From contig OZ250178.1 in the NCBI GenBank assembly GCA_965238055.1, positions 2,009,184-2,073,183 of the forward strand: a stretch of DNA of 64,000 nt. Direction: 5' to 3'. Under the pieces are notes generated by a model. It was not told the DNA's origin. It saw only the letters and a list, made by a program, of their open reading frames with translations, and searched no databases. The DNA is from Candidatus Foliamicus sp. (lineage in GTDB: Bacteria; Pseudomonadota; Gammaproteobacteria; Steroidobacterales; Foliamicaceae). The position numbers and the translations under genes are program-made. This document shows positions 8,057-16,405 of this stretch, piece by piece; position 1 is the stretch's first letter, and every line of letters begins with the position of its first letter.

Positions 8057-8548
8057 GTGAGGATCATTGCGCGGGGAGCGGCCCTTGCGCTCCTGTCGCT
8101 CGCCTGGGTCCCGGTTACTCAGGCGCTTGACTGGAGCGATAGCGAATTTCACTTTCAGTACGGCCGGATTGACGTGCCCTCGTTTGCCGGGGGCGGAAAG
8201 CCAAGGCAGGCTATCTACATGCTTCAGCATGCGCATGGTTGGAAGTACGGCGACAACTTCTTCTTCCTGGATGCGCTTGATTCGAGGAGTCGCGATTTCC
8301 AGGATTCCGATTTCTACGGTGAGTGGTATTCGAATTTCAGCCTTGAGGGCCACATCGAGTACATTGGTGGCCGGAACAACGAGTTCGGCGGCGACCTTCG
8401 GGGTTGGTTGCTTGCACAACCACAACTGCGCTGGAAAGTCACCGGCCGTCTTTCCTTGGGAATCGAGGTTCAATTTTGGATGAATAAACTGGGAGACGGC
8501 GCTACCGACGAAAACACCGTGCTGGCGCTTTTTGTATGGCAGTTCTAA
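8057..8548 (+). CDS. Tsx/OmpK-like outer-membrane channel family protein (short form)
   Basis: Signal peptide ALALLSLAWVPVTQA. WKYGDNFFFLD and DFYGEWYSNFSL resemble the Tsx family. Ends in a terminal aromatic (VWQF). At 163 aa it is shorter than typical Tsx. Confidence 0.5.
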   Translation: MRIIARGAALALLSLAWVPVTQALDWSDSEFHFQYGRIDVPSFAGGGKPRQAIYMLQHAHGWKYGDNFFFLDALDSRSRDFQDSDFYGEWYSNFSLEGHIEYIGGRNNEFGGDLRGWLLAQPQLRWKVTGRLSLGIEVQFWMNKLGDGATDENTVLALFVWQF

Positions 8549-9462
8549 GGATTACATTGTTGATCGTGCTGGGCCTGGCGGGCTCGCCGGCACTGGCTGA
8601 AGAGGATCCGGGCCCGGCGAGGTTCCGGGATTGCGATTCGTGCCCGGAAATGGTCATCGTGCCACCGGGCGAGTTCATCATGGGGGCAGAAGGCGGCGAG
8701 GAGGGCCGCCCGGAGGGACCGCCGCGCAGTGTTGCCATTGGCCAGGCGTTCGCGATCGGCAGGTTCGAGGTCACCAATCGGGAATTCGCTGTATTTGTTG
8801 CCGAAACCGGGTACCAGACTCCGCCGAGTTGCGCGGTCCGGGTCGGCGACGAGTGGCTGATGCACCCTGAATCGCACTGGACCGACCTTCAAACCGGTCA
8901 GGAATCCGAACCGGACCACCCGGTAGCCTGTGTCAACTGGCTGGACTCACGCGCCTACGTTGCCTGGCTGGCTGAGAAGACTGGTCAGCCCTACCGGCTG
9001 CCCAGCGAAGCGGAATGGGAGTACGCGGCGCGCGGCGGTGTGAGCGGAGAGTTTCACTGGGGCGATGACCCCGATGAGGCCTGCAGGTACGCGAACGTGT
9101 ATGACTCAAGCGCAAACGCGGAGCACGGTTTTGGCTGGCAGGCCGCGGCTTGTGACGATGGTTTTCCGACCCTGGCGCCCGTTGGGCGACTCGAGCCCAA
9201 CGGATTCGGACTGCATGATGTCGCCGGCAATCTCTGGGAATGGGTGGAGGACTGCTATGAAGCGCCCTTTGCCGCGCACATGCCCACCGATGGTTCGGCG
9301 TACGGACCTCCGTCAGGGCAATGCGAACGGCGGAGCGTACGTGGAGGCAGCTGGAGCAGCCGCATCAGCCGCCAGCGCCCTGCCTTCCGTGGCCGCGACC
9401 CCGAAGACCTTCGTTACTCCATCTTCGGCTTCCGCGTCGCCCGTTCTCTGGCGGCGGAGTAG
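8536..9462 (+). CDS. Formylglycine-generating enzyme (SUMF1/FGE-sulfatase) domain protein, exported
   Basis: Signal peptide. Motifs FRDCDSCPEMVIVPPGEFIMG, LPSEAEWEYAARGG, NLWEWVEDCY, RGGSW and GFRVARSL. Confidence 0.85.
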   Translation: MAVLRITLLIVLGLAGSPALAEEDPGPARFRDCDSCPEMVIVPPGEFIMGAEGGEEGRPEGPPRSVAIGQAFAIGRFEVTNREFAVFVAETGYQTPPSCAVRVGDEWLMHPESHWTDLQTGQESEPDHPVACVNWLDSRAYVAWLAEKTGQPYRLPSEAEWEYAARGGVSGEFHWGDDPDEACRYANVYDSSANAEHGFGWQAAACDDGFPTLAPVGRLEPNGFGLHDVAGNLWEWVEDCYEAPFAAHMPTDGSAYGPPSGQCERRSVRGGSWSSRISRQRPAFRGRDPEDLRYSIFGFRVARSLAAE

Positions 9463-9477
9463 TAACGAACGGCTAGA

Positions 9478-10413
9478 ATGCCGGGCATGAAACAACATGC
9501 ATTACTAATGGCCCTTGTCCTGGGGTTGGCGATTGAATCGGTGGCGGCTGAAGAACATTCGGAGCCGGAGACCTTCAGGGATTGCGATCAATGTCCCGAA
9601 ATGGTCGTGGCGCCGCCCGGAAAATTCATCATGGGAAGCGAAGATGCAGTGAGCGACCGCCCGATGGGGCCGCCTCATGAAGTCCGGATCGCCCAACCTT
9701 TTGCACTGGGCAAATTTGAAGTCACCAACCGGCAATACAAGGATTTTGTGGATGCTACCGGCTACGAGATGTCGAAGGGCTGTCGCGGCAACATCAAAGG
9801 CGAGTGGACGGACAATCCCCTGGGGCACTGGACCGATTTGCGAGTGGGACAAGAGTCCGATCCGCAGCACCCCGTGGCCTGCGTCAGTTGGCTGGATGCT
9901 CGCTTCTACCTTGCCTGGCTGTCCGGGATCAGCGGCCAGGTCTATCGCCTGCCTAGTGAGGCGGAATGGGAGTACGCGGCTCGCTCGGGAGGCGGTGAAT
10001 TTTATCACTGGGGCGAAGATCCCGACCAGGGCTGCGCATACGCCAACATGTATGACTTGAGCGCCGATGCGGTGCACGACTTTGGTTGGCCGCTGATCGA
10101 CTGTGACGATGGGTATTCGACCCTGGCGCCCGTGGGGCGGTTTCGGCCGAATGGATTCGGGCTGTATGACATGACGGGCAATCTCTGGGAATGGGTAGAG
10201 GACTGCTATGAAGTGCTCTATCCCGATGACATCCCAACGGACGGGTCGGCGTATGGACCGCCGCCGGGACAATGCGAAAACCGCAGCGTCAGGGGCGGCG
10301 GTTGGATTACCAATCCCGACTGGCAGCGGCAAACCTTCCGCGGCCGCGATCCCGAGAGCGCGCGCTACACTTTCTTCGGCTTCCGCGTCGCCCGCTCCCT
10401 CGATACCGAGTAG
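9478..10413 (+). CDS. Formylglycine-generating enzyme domain protein, exported (tandem paralog)
   Basis: Same motif set as 8536-9462 (FRDCDQCPEMVVAPPGKFIMG, NLWEWVEDCY, RGGGW, GFRVARSL). Confidence 0.85.
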   Translation: MPGMKQHALLMALVLGLAIESVAAEEHSEPETFRDCDQCPEMVVAPPGKFIMGSEDAVSDRPMGPPHEVRIAQPFALGKFEVTNRQYKDFVDATGYEMSKGCRGNIKGEWTDNPLGHWTDLRVGQESDPQHPVACVSWLDARFYLAWLSGISGQVYRLPSEAEWEYAARSGGGEFYHWGEDPDQGCAYANMYDLSADAVHDFGWPLIDCDDGYSTLAPVGRFRPNGFGLYDMTGNLWEWVEDCYEVLYPDDIPTDGSAYGPPPGQCENRSVRGGGWITNPDWQRQTFRGRDPESARYTFFGFRVARSLDTE

Positions 10414-10609
10414 CACTGGAGCCTTTCGCGCGTTCCCCCGGGATCGGGAGTGTCTGAGCCAGTGAGCGCCGATGACCCGGTGCTCACAGCGAAGTCAAGC
10501 TCCATGGATGGATGCTTGCCCTTGCGGGTCAAGCTGCAAGCAGTCATGCGTCTCCCGGTACCGGGGGAACGCGTGAAAGGCGTAGATTAGGCAGTTCGCT
10601 GATGGCGTG

Positions 10610-12049
10610 TCAGGCGGCCTTGCCGTAGCCCAGCACGGCTTTCGTTTCGAGAAACTCCTCCAGCCCCTCGGGGCCTGACTCCCGGCCGTTGCCGGATTGC
10701 TTGTAGCCCCCGAACGGCGCGCTGAAGTCGCCCGAGTCCCCGTTCAGACAGACCTGGCCCGCTTGTAGCCGCGCCGCCACGCTCCGTGCCTGGTCCAGGT
10801 CGCTGCCCCAGATGTAGGCGGCCAGCCCGTAGTCCGTGTCGTTGGCGATCGCAATCGCTTCGTCCAGGTCCTGGTAGGGAATCACGCAAAGCACGGGCCC
10901 GAATATCTCCTCGCGGGCTATGGTCATATCGTTGCTGACGTTGCCGAACACGGTGGGCTTTACGTAGTACCCGCGCTCCAGGCCTTCCGGCTTGCCAGGT
11001 CCACCGGTGGCGAGCTGTGCGCCCTCTTCAATGCCCTTGTGGATCAGACCCTGCACCTTGTTGAACTGCGCCTCGCTGACCAGCGGCCCCATGGATGTGC
11101 TTTCCGCTTCGGGATCGCCGATACGCGCCCGTGCGGCGGAAGCCACCGACAGCTCGACCGCCTTGTCGTGCAGGGCAGCCGGCACCAATAGCCGGGTGGG
11201 CGCATTGCAGGACTGCCCGGTGTTCATGCACACGTCACGCATACCGCTGGTGACGCCTCGCTCCAGCATGGACTCGTCCAGGATGATGTTGGGAGACTTG
11301 CCGCCCAGTTCCTGGCTGACGCGCTTGACCGTTCCCGCAGCCGTCGCGGCAACCGCGATACCGCCGCGGGTGGATCCCGTGAACGAAACCATGTCGATAT
11401 CGGGATGTCCGGCGATTGCCTGACCCACCTCCGGCCCGTCGCCGTTGACCAGGTTGAACACGCCTGCAGGCACACCCGCCGCCTCAATGACCTCGGCGAA
11501 GATCATGCCGCTTAAGGGCGCGATTTCGCTGGGCTTCAGCACCATGGTGCAGCCCGACGCCAATGCCGGCAATACCTTCAGCGTGATCTGGTTGATCGGC
11601 CAGTTCCAGGGCGTGATGAAACCGCACACGCCGATGGGTTCGCGTCGAATCAAGGTGCCGCCACGCTGCTCTTCAAACCTGAAGTTCTCCAGGAGGCGCC
11701 GCGCGGTCTTGGCGATAACGATACCCATGGCCGCCTGGGCCTTGGTTGACAGGCGAGTGGGTGCTCCCATCTCCGCTGTGATTGCGGCCGCCATGTCGTT
11801 GTAGCGAGCCTTATAGGCGGCGATAAAGGCATCGATCAGCTCCAGGCGCTCCTGTTTGCTGGTTCGCGAGTAACTGGCAAAGGCCGTGCGGGCGGCTGCG
11901 ACTGCGCGGTCGACATCCGCAGCGCTCCCAAGCGAAATAATTCCGGAGGGTTTCTCGGTAGCCGGGTTGATTACTTCAAGATCGCGCGGTGCAACTGGTT
12001 CGACCCATGCCCCGTCAATGAAAAACCTGCGAAAATCGTACTGCGCCAT
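10610..12049 (-). CDS. NAD(P)+-dependent aldehyde dehydrogenase
   Basis: 479 aa. Motifs VLKPSEIAP, ELGGKSPNII and catalytic Cys region GQSCNAPTR. Confidence 0.9.
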   Translation of the reverse strand: MAQYDFRRFFIDGAWVEPVAPRDLEVINPATEKPSGIISLGSAADVDRAVAAARTAFASYSRTSKQERLELIDAFIAAYKARYNDMAAAITAEMGAPTRLSTKAQAAMGIVIAKTARRLLENFRFEEQRGGTLIRREPIGVCGFITPWNWPINQITLKVLPALASGCTMVLKPSEIAPLSGMIFAEVIEAAGVPAGVFNLVNGDGPEVGQAIAGHPDIDMVSFTGSTRGGIAVAATAAGTVKRVSQELGGKSPNIILDESMLERGVTSGMRDVCMNTGQSCNAPTRLLVPAALHDKAVELSVASAARARIGDPEAESTSMGPLVSEAQFNKVQGLIHKGIEEGAQLATGGPGKPEGLERGYYVKPTVFGNVSNDMTIAREEIFGPVLCVIPYQDLDEAIAIANDTDYGLAAYIWGSDLDQARSVAARLQAGQVCLNGDSGDFSAPFGGYKQSGNGRESGPEGLEEFLETKAVLGYGKAA

Positions 12050-12154
12050 GCGGTATTGCTCCGTCAGTCTCGTGGAAAGACTGGCGAGGATACACTGCTC
12101 CCGGCCCGCGTGCTATCCTGCCGCGCTACGCTCTAGATCGAGGCGCCGAAAGAA

Positions 12155-13549
12155 ATGCAAACCATGCTTGGCCGATTGACCCGGGTTAAGGGTTCGGTTC
12201 CTCTTTCGGTGCGCGCCGGCTGGGGTGTGGGTGCGCTGGGTGTGGCGTTGCTGTTCAACACCTACTCCGCGATCCTCCTCTTCTACCTGACCAGGGTGGC
12301 AGGGATCGCGGTCATCACGGCTGGGACGCTCTTGATGATCGCCAAGGCCTACGATCTTGTGACCGACTTGCCGATGGGCATTGTCAGCGACCGCACCAGG
12401 AGCCGCTTCGGACGCCGCCGGCCCTGGCTGCTGGTTGGCGCTTTTGTGTGTGGAGCGGCATTCGTGTTGTTGTTCAGCACTCCAGCGGACTGGTCGGATT
12501 ACGACAAGGCACTCTACGTTTTAGCGGGCCTGCTGGTCTTCAATACCGGCTACACGCTGTTCAACGTGCCACACGTGGCCATGCCCGCGGAAATGTCCGA
12601 CAACTACGACGAACGCACGGCCATCATGTCCTTCCGCGCCGTGGCGATCATGGTGGGAACCTTTACCGTGATTGGGATTGGGCCTACCCTGGCTGCGCAA
12701 TTTGGCGGCGGCAACGAAGGCTACAGGCTGGTGGGCTGGATGTTCGGCGCCCTGGCGCTTGCGGCGATGATTGCTTGTTTCTTCGGAACGGCCGGCGTGC
12801 GAGCGACCGAACACATCAGGCCCCGCTACGGTCCATGGGAGCAGATTCGAACCGCCGCTTCCAACGTGCACTTCCTGAAATTGGCGGCTTTCAAGCTGCT
12901 GACCCTGCTGGCCACGGGTGTGGCGGCTGGGAGTGTCCTGTTCTTTATAGTCGACATTCTGGGTCATTCCCAGTCCGTCATGCTGTATTACGCCCTTGGC
13001 GGAAACCTGATCATGCCGCTGCTGGCGGCTCCGCTTTTCTGGGTGCCGTTTTCGCGCAAGGTGGGCAAGCATCGCGCCCTGATGCTTGCAACGTTCGGCT
13101 TCATGGTGGGAGCGCTTTGGTGGTGGTTCGTCCCGCCGGGGGAACCTGTATGGCTGCTTTTCGTAAGGGCCCTGGTCCTTGCCTTTTTCGGGATGGGCAA
13201 GCTGCTGCTCGGAATGTCGCTGCTGCCGGACGTGCAGGAATACGATTACCTCAAGACCGGGCTAAGGCGCGAGGGCGTGTTCGCCGGCGCATACAACATG
13301 GTGGAGAAGGCCGCGTTCATGGGAGCCCCCATGCTTATCAGTTTAATTCTCTGGCTGCTGGGCTATCAGTCAACAGTTGACAACGAAGCCATTCAGCAGG
13401 ACCCTGGCGCGCTTACCGGAATTCGTATATCCATTGCGATTGTTCCGGCGATCTGCAACCTGCTGGCCGGCATTATTCTGCTGCGCTGGACCCTGACCCG
13501 GGAGTACCTGGCCGAGCTGCGCGCTCAGCGCGCGTCTGCAAGCGCCTAA
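12155..13549 (+). CDS. GPH-family (MelB-like) sugar/glycoside:cation symporter
   Basis: About 12 TM segments. DLPMGIVSDRTRSRFGRRRPW is the characteristic GPH loop. Confidence 0.8.
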   Translation: MQTMLGRLTRVKGSVPLSVRAGWGVGALGVALLFNTYSAILLFYLTRVAGIAVITAGTLLMIAKAYDLVTDLPMGIVSDRTRSRFGRRRPWLLVGAFVCGAAFVLLFSTPADWSDYDKALYVLAGLLVFNTGYTLFNVPHVAMPAEMSDNYDERTAIMSFRAVAIMVGTFTVIGIGPTLAAQFGGGNEGYRLVGWMFGALALAAMIACFFGTAGVRATEHIRPRYGPWEQIRTAASNVHFLKLAAFKLLTLLATGVAAGSVLFFIVDILGHSQSVMLYYALGGNLIMPLLAAPLFWVPFSRKVGKHRALMLATFGFMVGALWWWFVPPGEPVWLLFVRALVLAFFGMGKLLLGMSLLPDVQEYDYLKTGLRREGVFAGAYNMVEKAAFMGAPMLISLILWLLGYQSTVDNEAIQQDPGALTGIRISIAIVPAICNLLAGIILLRWTLTREYLAELRAQRASASA

Positions 13550-13550
13550 G

Positions 13551-13646
13551 CCTGGGAGGGAGGGCGTCCCGCCCTCGGCGAGCCCGGGGACGGGCTCGCT
13601 CCCTGGGTGCTCCAGCGTCGAGGGCGGGGACGCCCTCGTTCCCGGC
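13551..13646. repeat. REP-like palindromic element cluster
   Basis: cctgggagggagggcgtcccgccctcg ... cgagggcggggacgccctcgttcccgg. Copies lie in both orientations. Confidence 0.8.
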
Positions 13647-13652
13647 GTGGAA

Positions 13653-13787
13653 TCAGGCGGCCTGCTCGGTCTTCGCAGCCCTTGCCGGTGTAGCCGGCAG
13701 CAGCGGAATCGGGTCGATAACCCAGCCTCTCCTTTTGCGCCGCGCCGGGCTTGGGATGGCGAACGCGGTATGCGCGCCAACCTTGTT
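13653..13787 (-). pseudogene. Detached 3' end (44 codons + stop) of the Rieske oxygenase gene split by the IS
   Basis: Translates to NKVGAHTAFAIPSPARRKRRGWVIDPIPLLPATPARAAKTEQAA*. This is collinear with the C-terminus of the intact paralog (NKVGAHTAFAIPSPARRKRKGWVIDPIPLLPATPARAVEADQAA). Confidence 0.9.
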
Positions 13788-13854
13788 TGAGGTGGTCCCA
13801 CTTTTTTGGACAGGACGTTAAGGTGTATTTTGATGCCTCACGGAGGGCATTGAG

Positions 13855-14139
13855 ATGACGACGAGACGACGCCGGTTCACGGCGGAATTCAAGAAAAAGG
13901 TGGCGCTAGAGGCGCTCCGCGGAGATCGCACGATTCAGACGATAGGAGCCCGTCACGGGGTGCATCCGAACCAGGTGAGCACCTGGAAGCGGCAGGCCAT
14001 GGACGGTCTGGGGGATGTGTTCGCGGGTCGGGGTTCGAACCGCGGCTCGGGTCACGAGAAGACCATCCGGGAGTTGCACGCGAAGATCGGCGAGTTGACG
14101 GTGGAGCGGGATTTTTTTCTACGCGGGTTGGCGCGTTGA
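13855..14139 (+). CDS. IS3-family transposase OrfA (HTH)
   Basis: RRRFTAEFKKKVALEALRGDRTIQTIGARHGVHPNQVSTWKRQ is a typical IS3/IS911 OrfA. A T7 run at 14114-14120 is a candidate -1 slippery site. Confidence 0.9.
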   Translation: MTTRRRRFTAEFKKKVALEALRGDRTIQTIGARHGVHPNQVSTWKRQAMDGLGDVFAGRGSNRGSGHEKTIRELHAKIGELTVERDFFLRGLAR

Positions 14140-14975
14140 GTCGTGGGGAGCGGATCGGGATGCTGGAACGCGGCGGCGCATTGAATTTGAAGCACCAATG
14201 CGCGTTGCTGGGCGTCAGTCGCTCGTCGCGGTATTACAAGCCACTCGGGGAATCCGCGGAGAACATGCGGCTGATGCGGCGCATCGACGAGGCGTATCTG
14301 AAGTATCCGTTCTACGGCAGTCGGCAAATGGCTCGCCATCTGGGGCGTCTGGGGCTGATGGCGGGCCGTCATCGGGTCCGGCGGCTGATGGGATTGATGG
14401 GGCTGGAGGCGATCTATCGCAAGCCGCGAACGAGTGCGGCGCATCCCGATCACCGGGTGTATCCATACCTGCTGCGGGAGTTGACGATCGAGCGGCCGGA
14501 CCAGGTTTGGTGCGCGGACATCACCTATGTTCCGGTATCTCAAGGATTTTTCTATTTGGTGGCGGTGATGGATTGGGTGAGCCGGTACGTGCTGGCCTGG
14601 CGGCTGTCGAACACGTTGGACGGCGCCTTTTGCATCGCGGCGCTGGCGGCGGCGTTGCGCCTGGGGACGCCGGAGATCTTCAATACGGACCAGGGCGCGC
14701 AGTTCACCAGCGCGGCCTTCACCGAGCGGGTGCAAGCCGCCGGCGCTCGCTGTTCCATGGACGGACGGGGCCGGTTCCTGGACAACATCTTCATCGAACG
14801 GCTGTGGCGCTCGCTGAAATACGAAGCGGTGTACCTGCACGAGCTCGCGGACGGTTTCCAGGCCGAGCGCGTCATCTCGAACTGGGTTGGGTTTTACAAC
14901 GACTCGCGTCCGCACTCGGCGCTGGACGGGCGCACACCCGGCGAAGTCTATCGTGGCATCGCGGTGGCGGCATGA
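14136..14975 (+). CDS. IS3-family transposase OrfB (DDE integrase core), -1 frame relative to orfA
   Basis: Motifs VWCADITYV, FNTDQGAQFTS, IERLWRSLKYE and YNDSRPHSALDGRTP. Probably expressed as an OrfAB fusion by frameshifting. Confidence 0.9.
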   Translation: MSRGERIGMLERGGALNLKHQCALLGVSRSSRYYKPLGESAENMRLMRRIDEAYLKYPFYGSRQMARHLGRLGLMAGRHRVRRLMGLMGLEAIYRKPRTSAAHPDHRVYPYLLRELTIERPDQVWCADITYVPVSQGFFYLVAVMDWVSRYVLAWRLSNTLDGAFCIAALAAALRLGTPEIFNTDQGAQFTSAAFTERVQAAGARCSMDGRGRFLDNIFIERLWRSLKYEAVYLHELADGFQAERVISNWVGFYNDSRPHSALDGRTPGEVYRGIAVAA

Positions 14976-15039
14976 GCGCATCGGCGGGATTCAACCCAGC
15001 GGACCCGCCGGGGACCGGCCGCCTTGGAGTCCACACGCC

Positions 15040-15113
15040 GCGTATTCCACCGCCTCCCCACGGGCGCTTTATACGTGGGGAGACCGCGCCCGTGGCAAGC
15101 CGGTGGAATACGC
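15040..15113. other. Nested/alternative hairpins in the non-coding 3' part of the IS
   Basis: GCGTATTCCACCG (15040-15052) pairs with CGGTGGAATACGC (15101-15113). Inside it, CTCCCCACG (15054-62) pairs with CGTGGGGAG (15074-82). That inner pairing competes with CCACGGGCG (15058-66) / CGCCCGTGG (15087-95). Confidence 0.5.
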
Positions 15114-15266
15114 TACAGGCCCCGCTTCAACGTCCGGGAGGGACCCGGCCAGCGGTATTGACACCGGCTCGGTTCGCGAGCACGATTTCGTTTGACGAGG
15201 GCACAATCAACCAATCGAAATACACCTTAAAAAAGCCCTCGGACTGTCCAACAAACCAGGACCACC

Positions 15267-16283
15267 TCAGTTGACCCGGTCCATGTCGATACGCCAGCCG
15301 CGTGTCTGCCATTGCGCAAGCCATTGGCGATAGCGGCCCACGGCGTAGTCCGACGGAGTGAACAGATCCCTTGTGTTGGCCCGTGGCGCTGTCTTCGGAT
15401 GCAGGGAAAGCAGTACGTCGCGATCCTGAAATGCCACGTAGCGATTGCGCTCCATGATTGTTTCGTCATGCTGCTCGTCCTGCATGAAGTTGCGCATGGT
15501 GATCATGTACAAGAGGGTGCGAGTCTCATCGATGGGGACTCGGTACAGGTACTGATAGATCTTCATCACAGGTGTGGGATTGATGTGGGTCCACACGGAA
15601 GAGGGCCCGTGATGGCCCGTACCAACGTTGATGGTCTGGTTTTCCTGCACATTTGAAGTTTTCCGCATCCTTTCTTCCGGCAGCGGCGGTGCGTAGACTT
15701 TGTTGTAGAAGCCTGTTCCCCAGTCCGTTTCCCGAATATCCAGCTCGCTTACCTTGTAGTTCTCGTCCTCGCCCTTCATGCCGTGAGTGTCATGCACGAA
15801 TTCGTTATGCGCCGGGTCGATGCCGTTCTCTATTGCGCGCTTGTATTCGACATTCCAATCAAAATGCTGAAGGGTGGGACGCCATCCCGCTTCTCCCCAC
15901 TCGGGAATCTCAAGTATCGGCGGGCGTTCGGACTCGTCCAGATCACCGAGAAAGCAAAACACCAGACCATAGCGTTCGACGACGCGATAAGAATCCACTC
16001 GCGCACGCCCCGGTGGTTTGGCGTTCATTCCGATGGAGGGGACGCGAACGCACTGGCCATGGCCGTTGAAGCGCCAGCCGTGATAGGGACATTGCACGCA
16101 GCCTGCTGCCACCAAACCGTCGCCCAGCGATCCTCCGCGGTGGCAGCAGGTATTACTGAGGCAGTGTGCTTGACCCTCCTCGTCGCGCCACAACACGAAG
16201 TCCTGGCCCAGCATGCGCCTCTTCAGGGGTTGGTCGGCGAGAGTCTTCGACTCGACCGCGGGATACCAGAAATTGATAAACAT
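15267..16283 (-). CDS. Rieske [2Fe-2S] non-haem iron oxygenase alpha-subunit-like protein, 3' end truncated by IS insertion
   Basis: Rieske motif CCHRGGSLG...CPYHGWRF. Mononuclear iron motif ENGIDPAHNEFVHDTH. The stop codon TGA is supplied by the IS terminus. Confidence 0.85.
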   Translation of the reverse strand: MFINFWYPAVESKTLADQPLKRRMLGQDFVLWRDEEGQAHCLSNTCCHRGGSLGDGLVAAGCVQCPYHGWRFNGHGQCVRVPSIGMNAKPPGRARVDSYRVVERYGLVFCFLGDLDESERPPILEIPEWGEAGWRPTLQHFDWNVEYKRAIENGIDPAHNEFVHDTHGMKGEDENYKVSELDIRETDWGTGFYNKVYAPPLPEERMRKTSNVQENQTINVGTGHHGPSSVWTHINPTPVMKIYQYLYRVPIDETRTLLYMITMRNFMQDEQHDETIMERNRYVAFQDRDVLLSLHPKTAPRANTRDLFTPSDYAVGRYRQWLAQWQTRGWRIDMDRVN

Positions 16284-16320
16284 GGCAGTAGTCCTGGGTT
16301 ACGGTGGGCTTAACTCGCGA

Positions 16321-16400
16321 CCTGGGAGCGAGAGCGTCCCGCTCTCGTCGAGGGCGGGACGCCCTCGTTCCCAGGGGCGAGACGCCCTCGTTCCCAGGGG
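16321..16400. repeat. REP-like element cluster
   Basis: cctgggagcgagagcgtcccgctctcgtcgagggcgggacgccctcgttcccaggggcgagacgccctcgttcccagggg. Confidence 0.8.
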
Positions 16401-16405
16401 CGGGA

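Larger units (their letters stand above)
13788..15269 (+). mobile_element. IS3-family insertion sequence (1482 bp) with 3-bp target duplication
   Basis: Terminal inverted repeats: TGAGGTGGTCCcacTTTtTTGGACAG at the left end and ctgtccaacaaaccaggaccacctca (its imperfect reverse complement) at the right end. GTT is duplicated at 13785-13787 and 15270-15272. The element has orfA/orfB organisation. Confidence 0.92.

Noticed and set aside
9505-10416. 303-aa ORF antisense to the second FGE-domain gene. Similar long shadow ORFs occur at 8545-8919, 12448-13380, 21544-22638, 41867-42703, 42802-43647, 60499-61284, 61179-61994, 62013-63071 and 62324-63145.
   Set aside because: Each lies wholly within or opposite a gene with clear family motifs. 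Their products are Arg/Pro/Gly-rich and low in complexity, as expected for off-frame translation of high-GC coding DNA.
14025-14045. GGTTCGAA-type strings (also near 44240) that resemble tRNA T-arm sequences.
   Set aside because: Both are inside well-supported coding frames (IS orfA, and the SDR GSNRGIG motif). No acceptor or anticodon stems can be drawn around them.
14052-15274. Long ORFs (309 aa minus strand, 358 aa plus strand) overlapping the IS transposase genes.
   Set aside because: They are alternative-frame artefacts of the orfB region. The orfA/orfB frames carry the recognisable IS3 HTH and DDE motifs.
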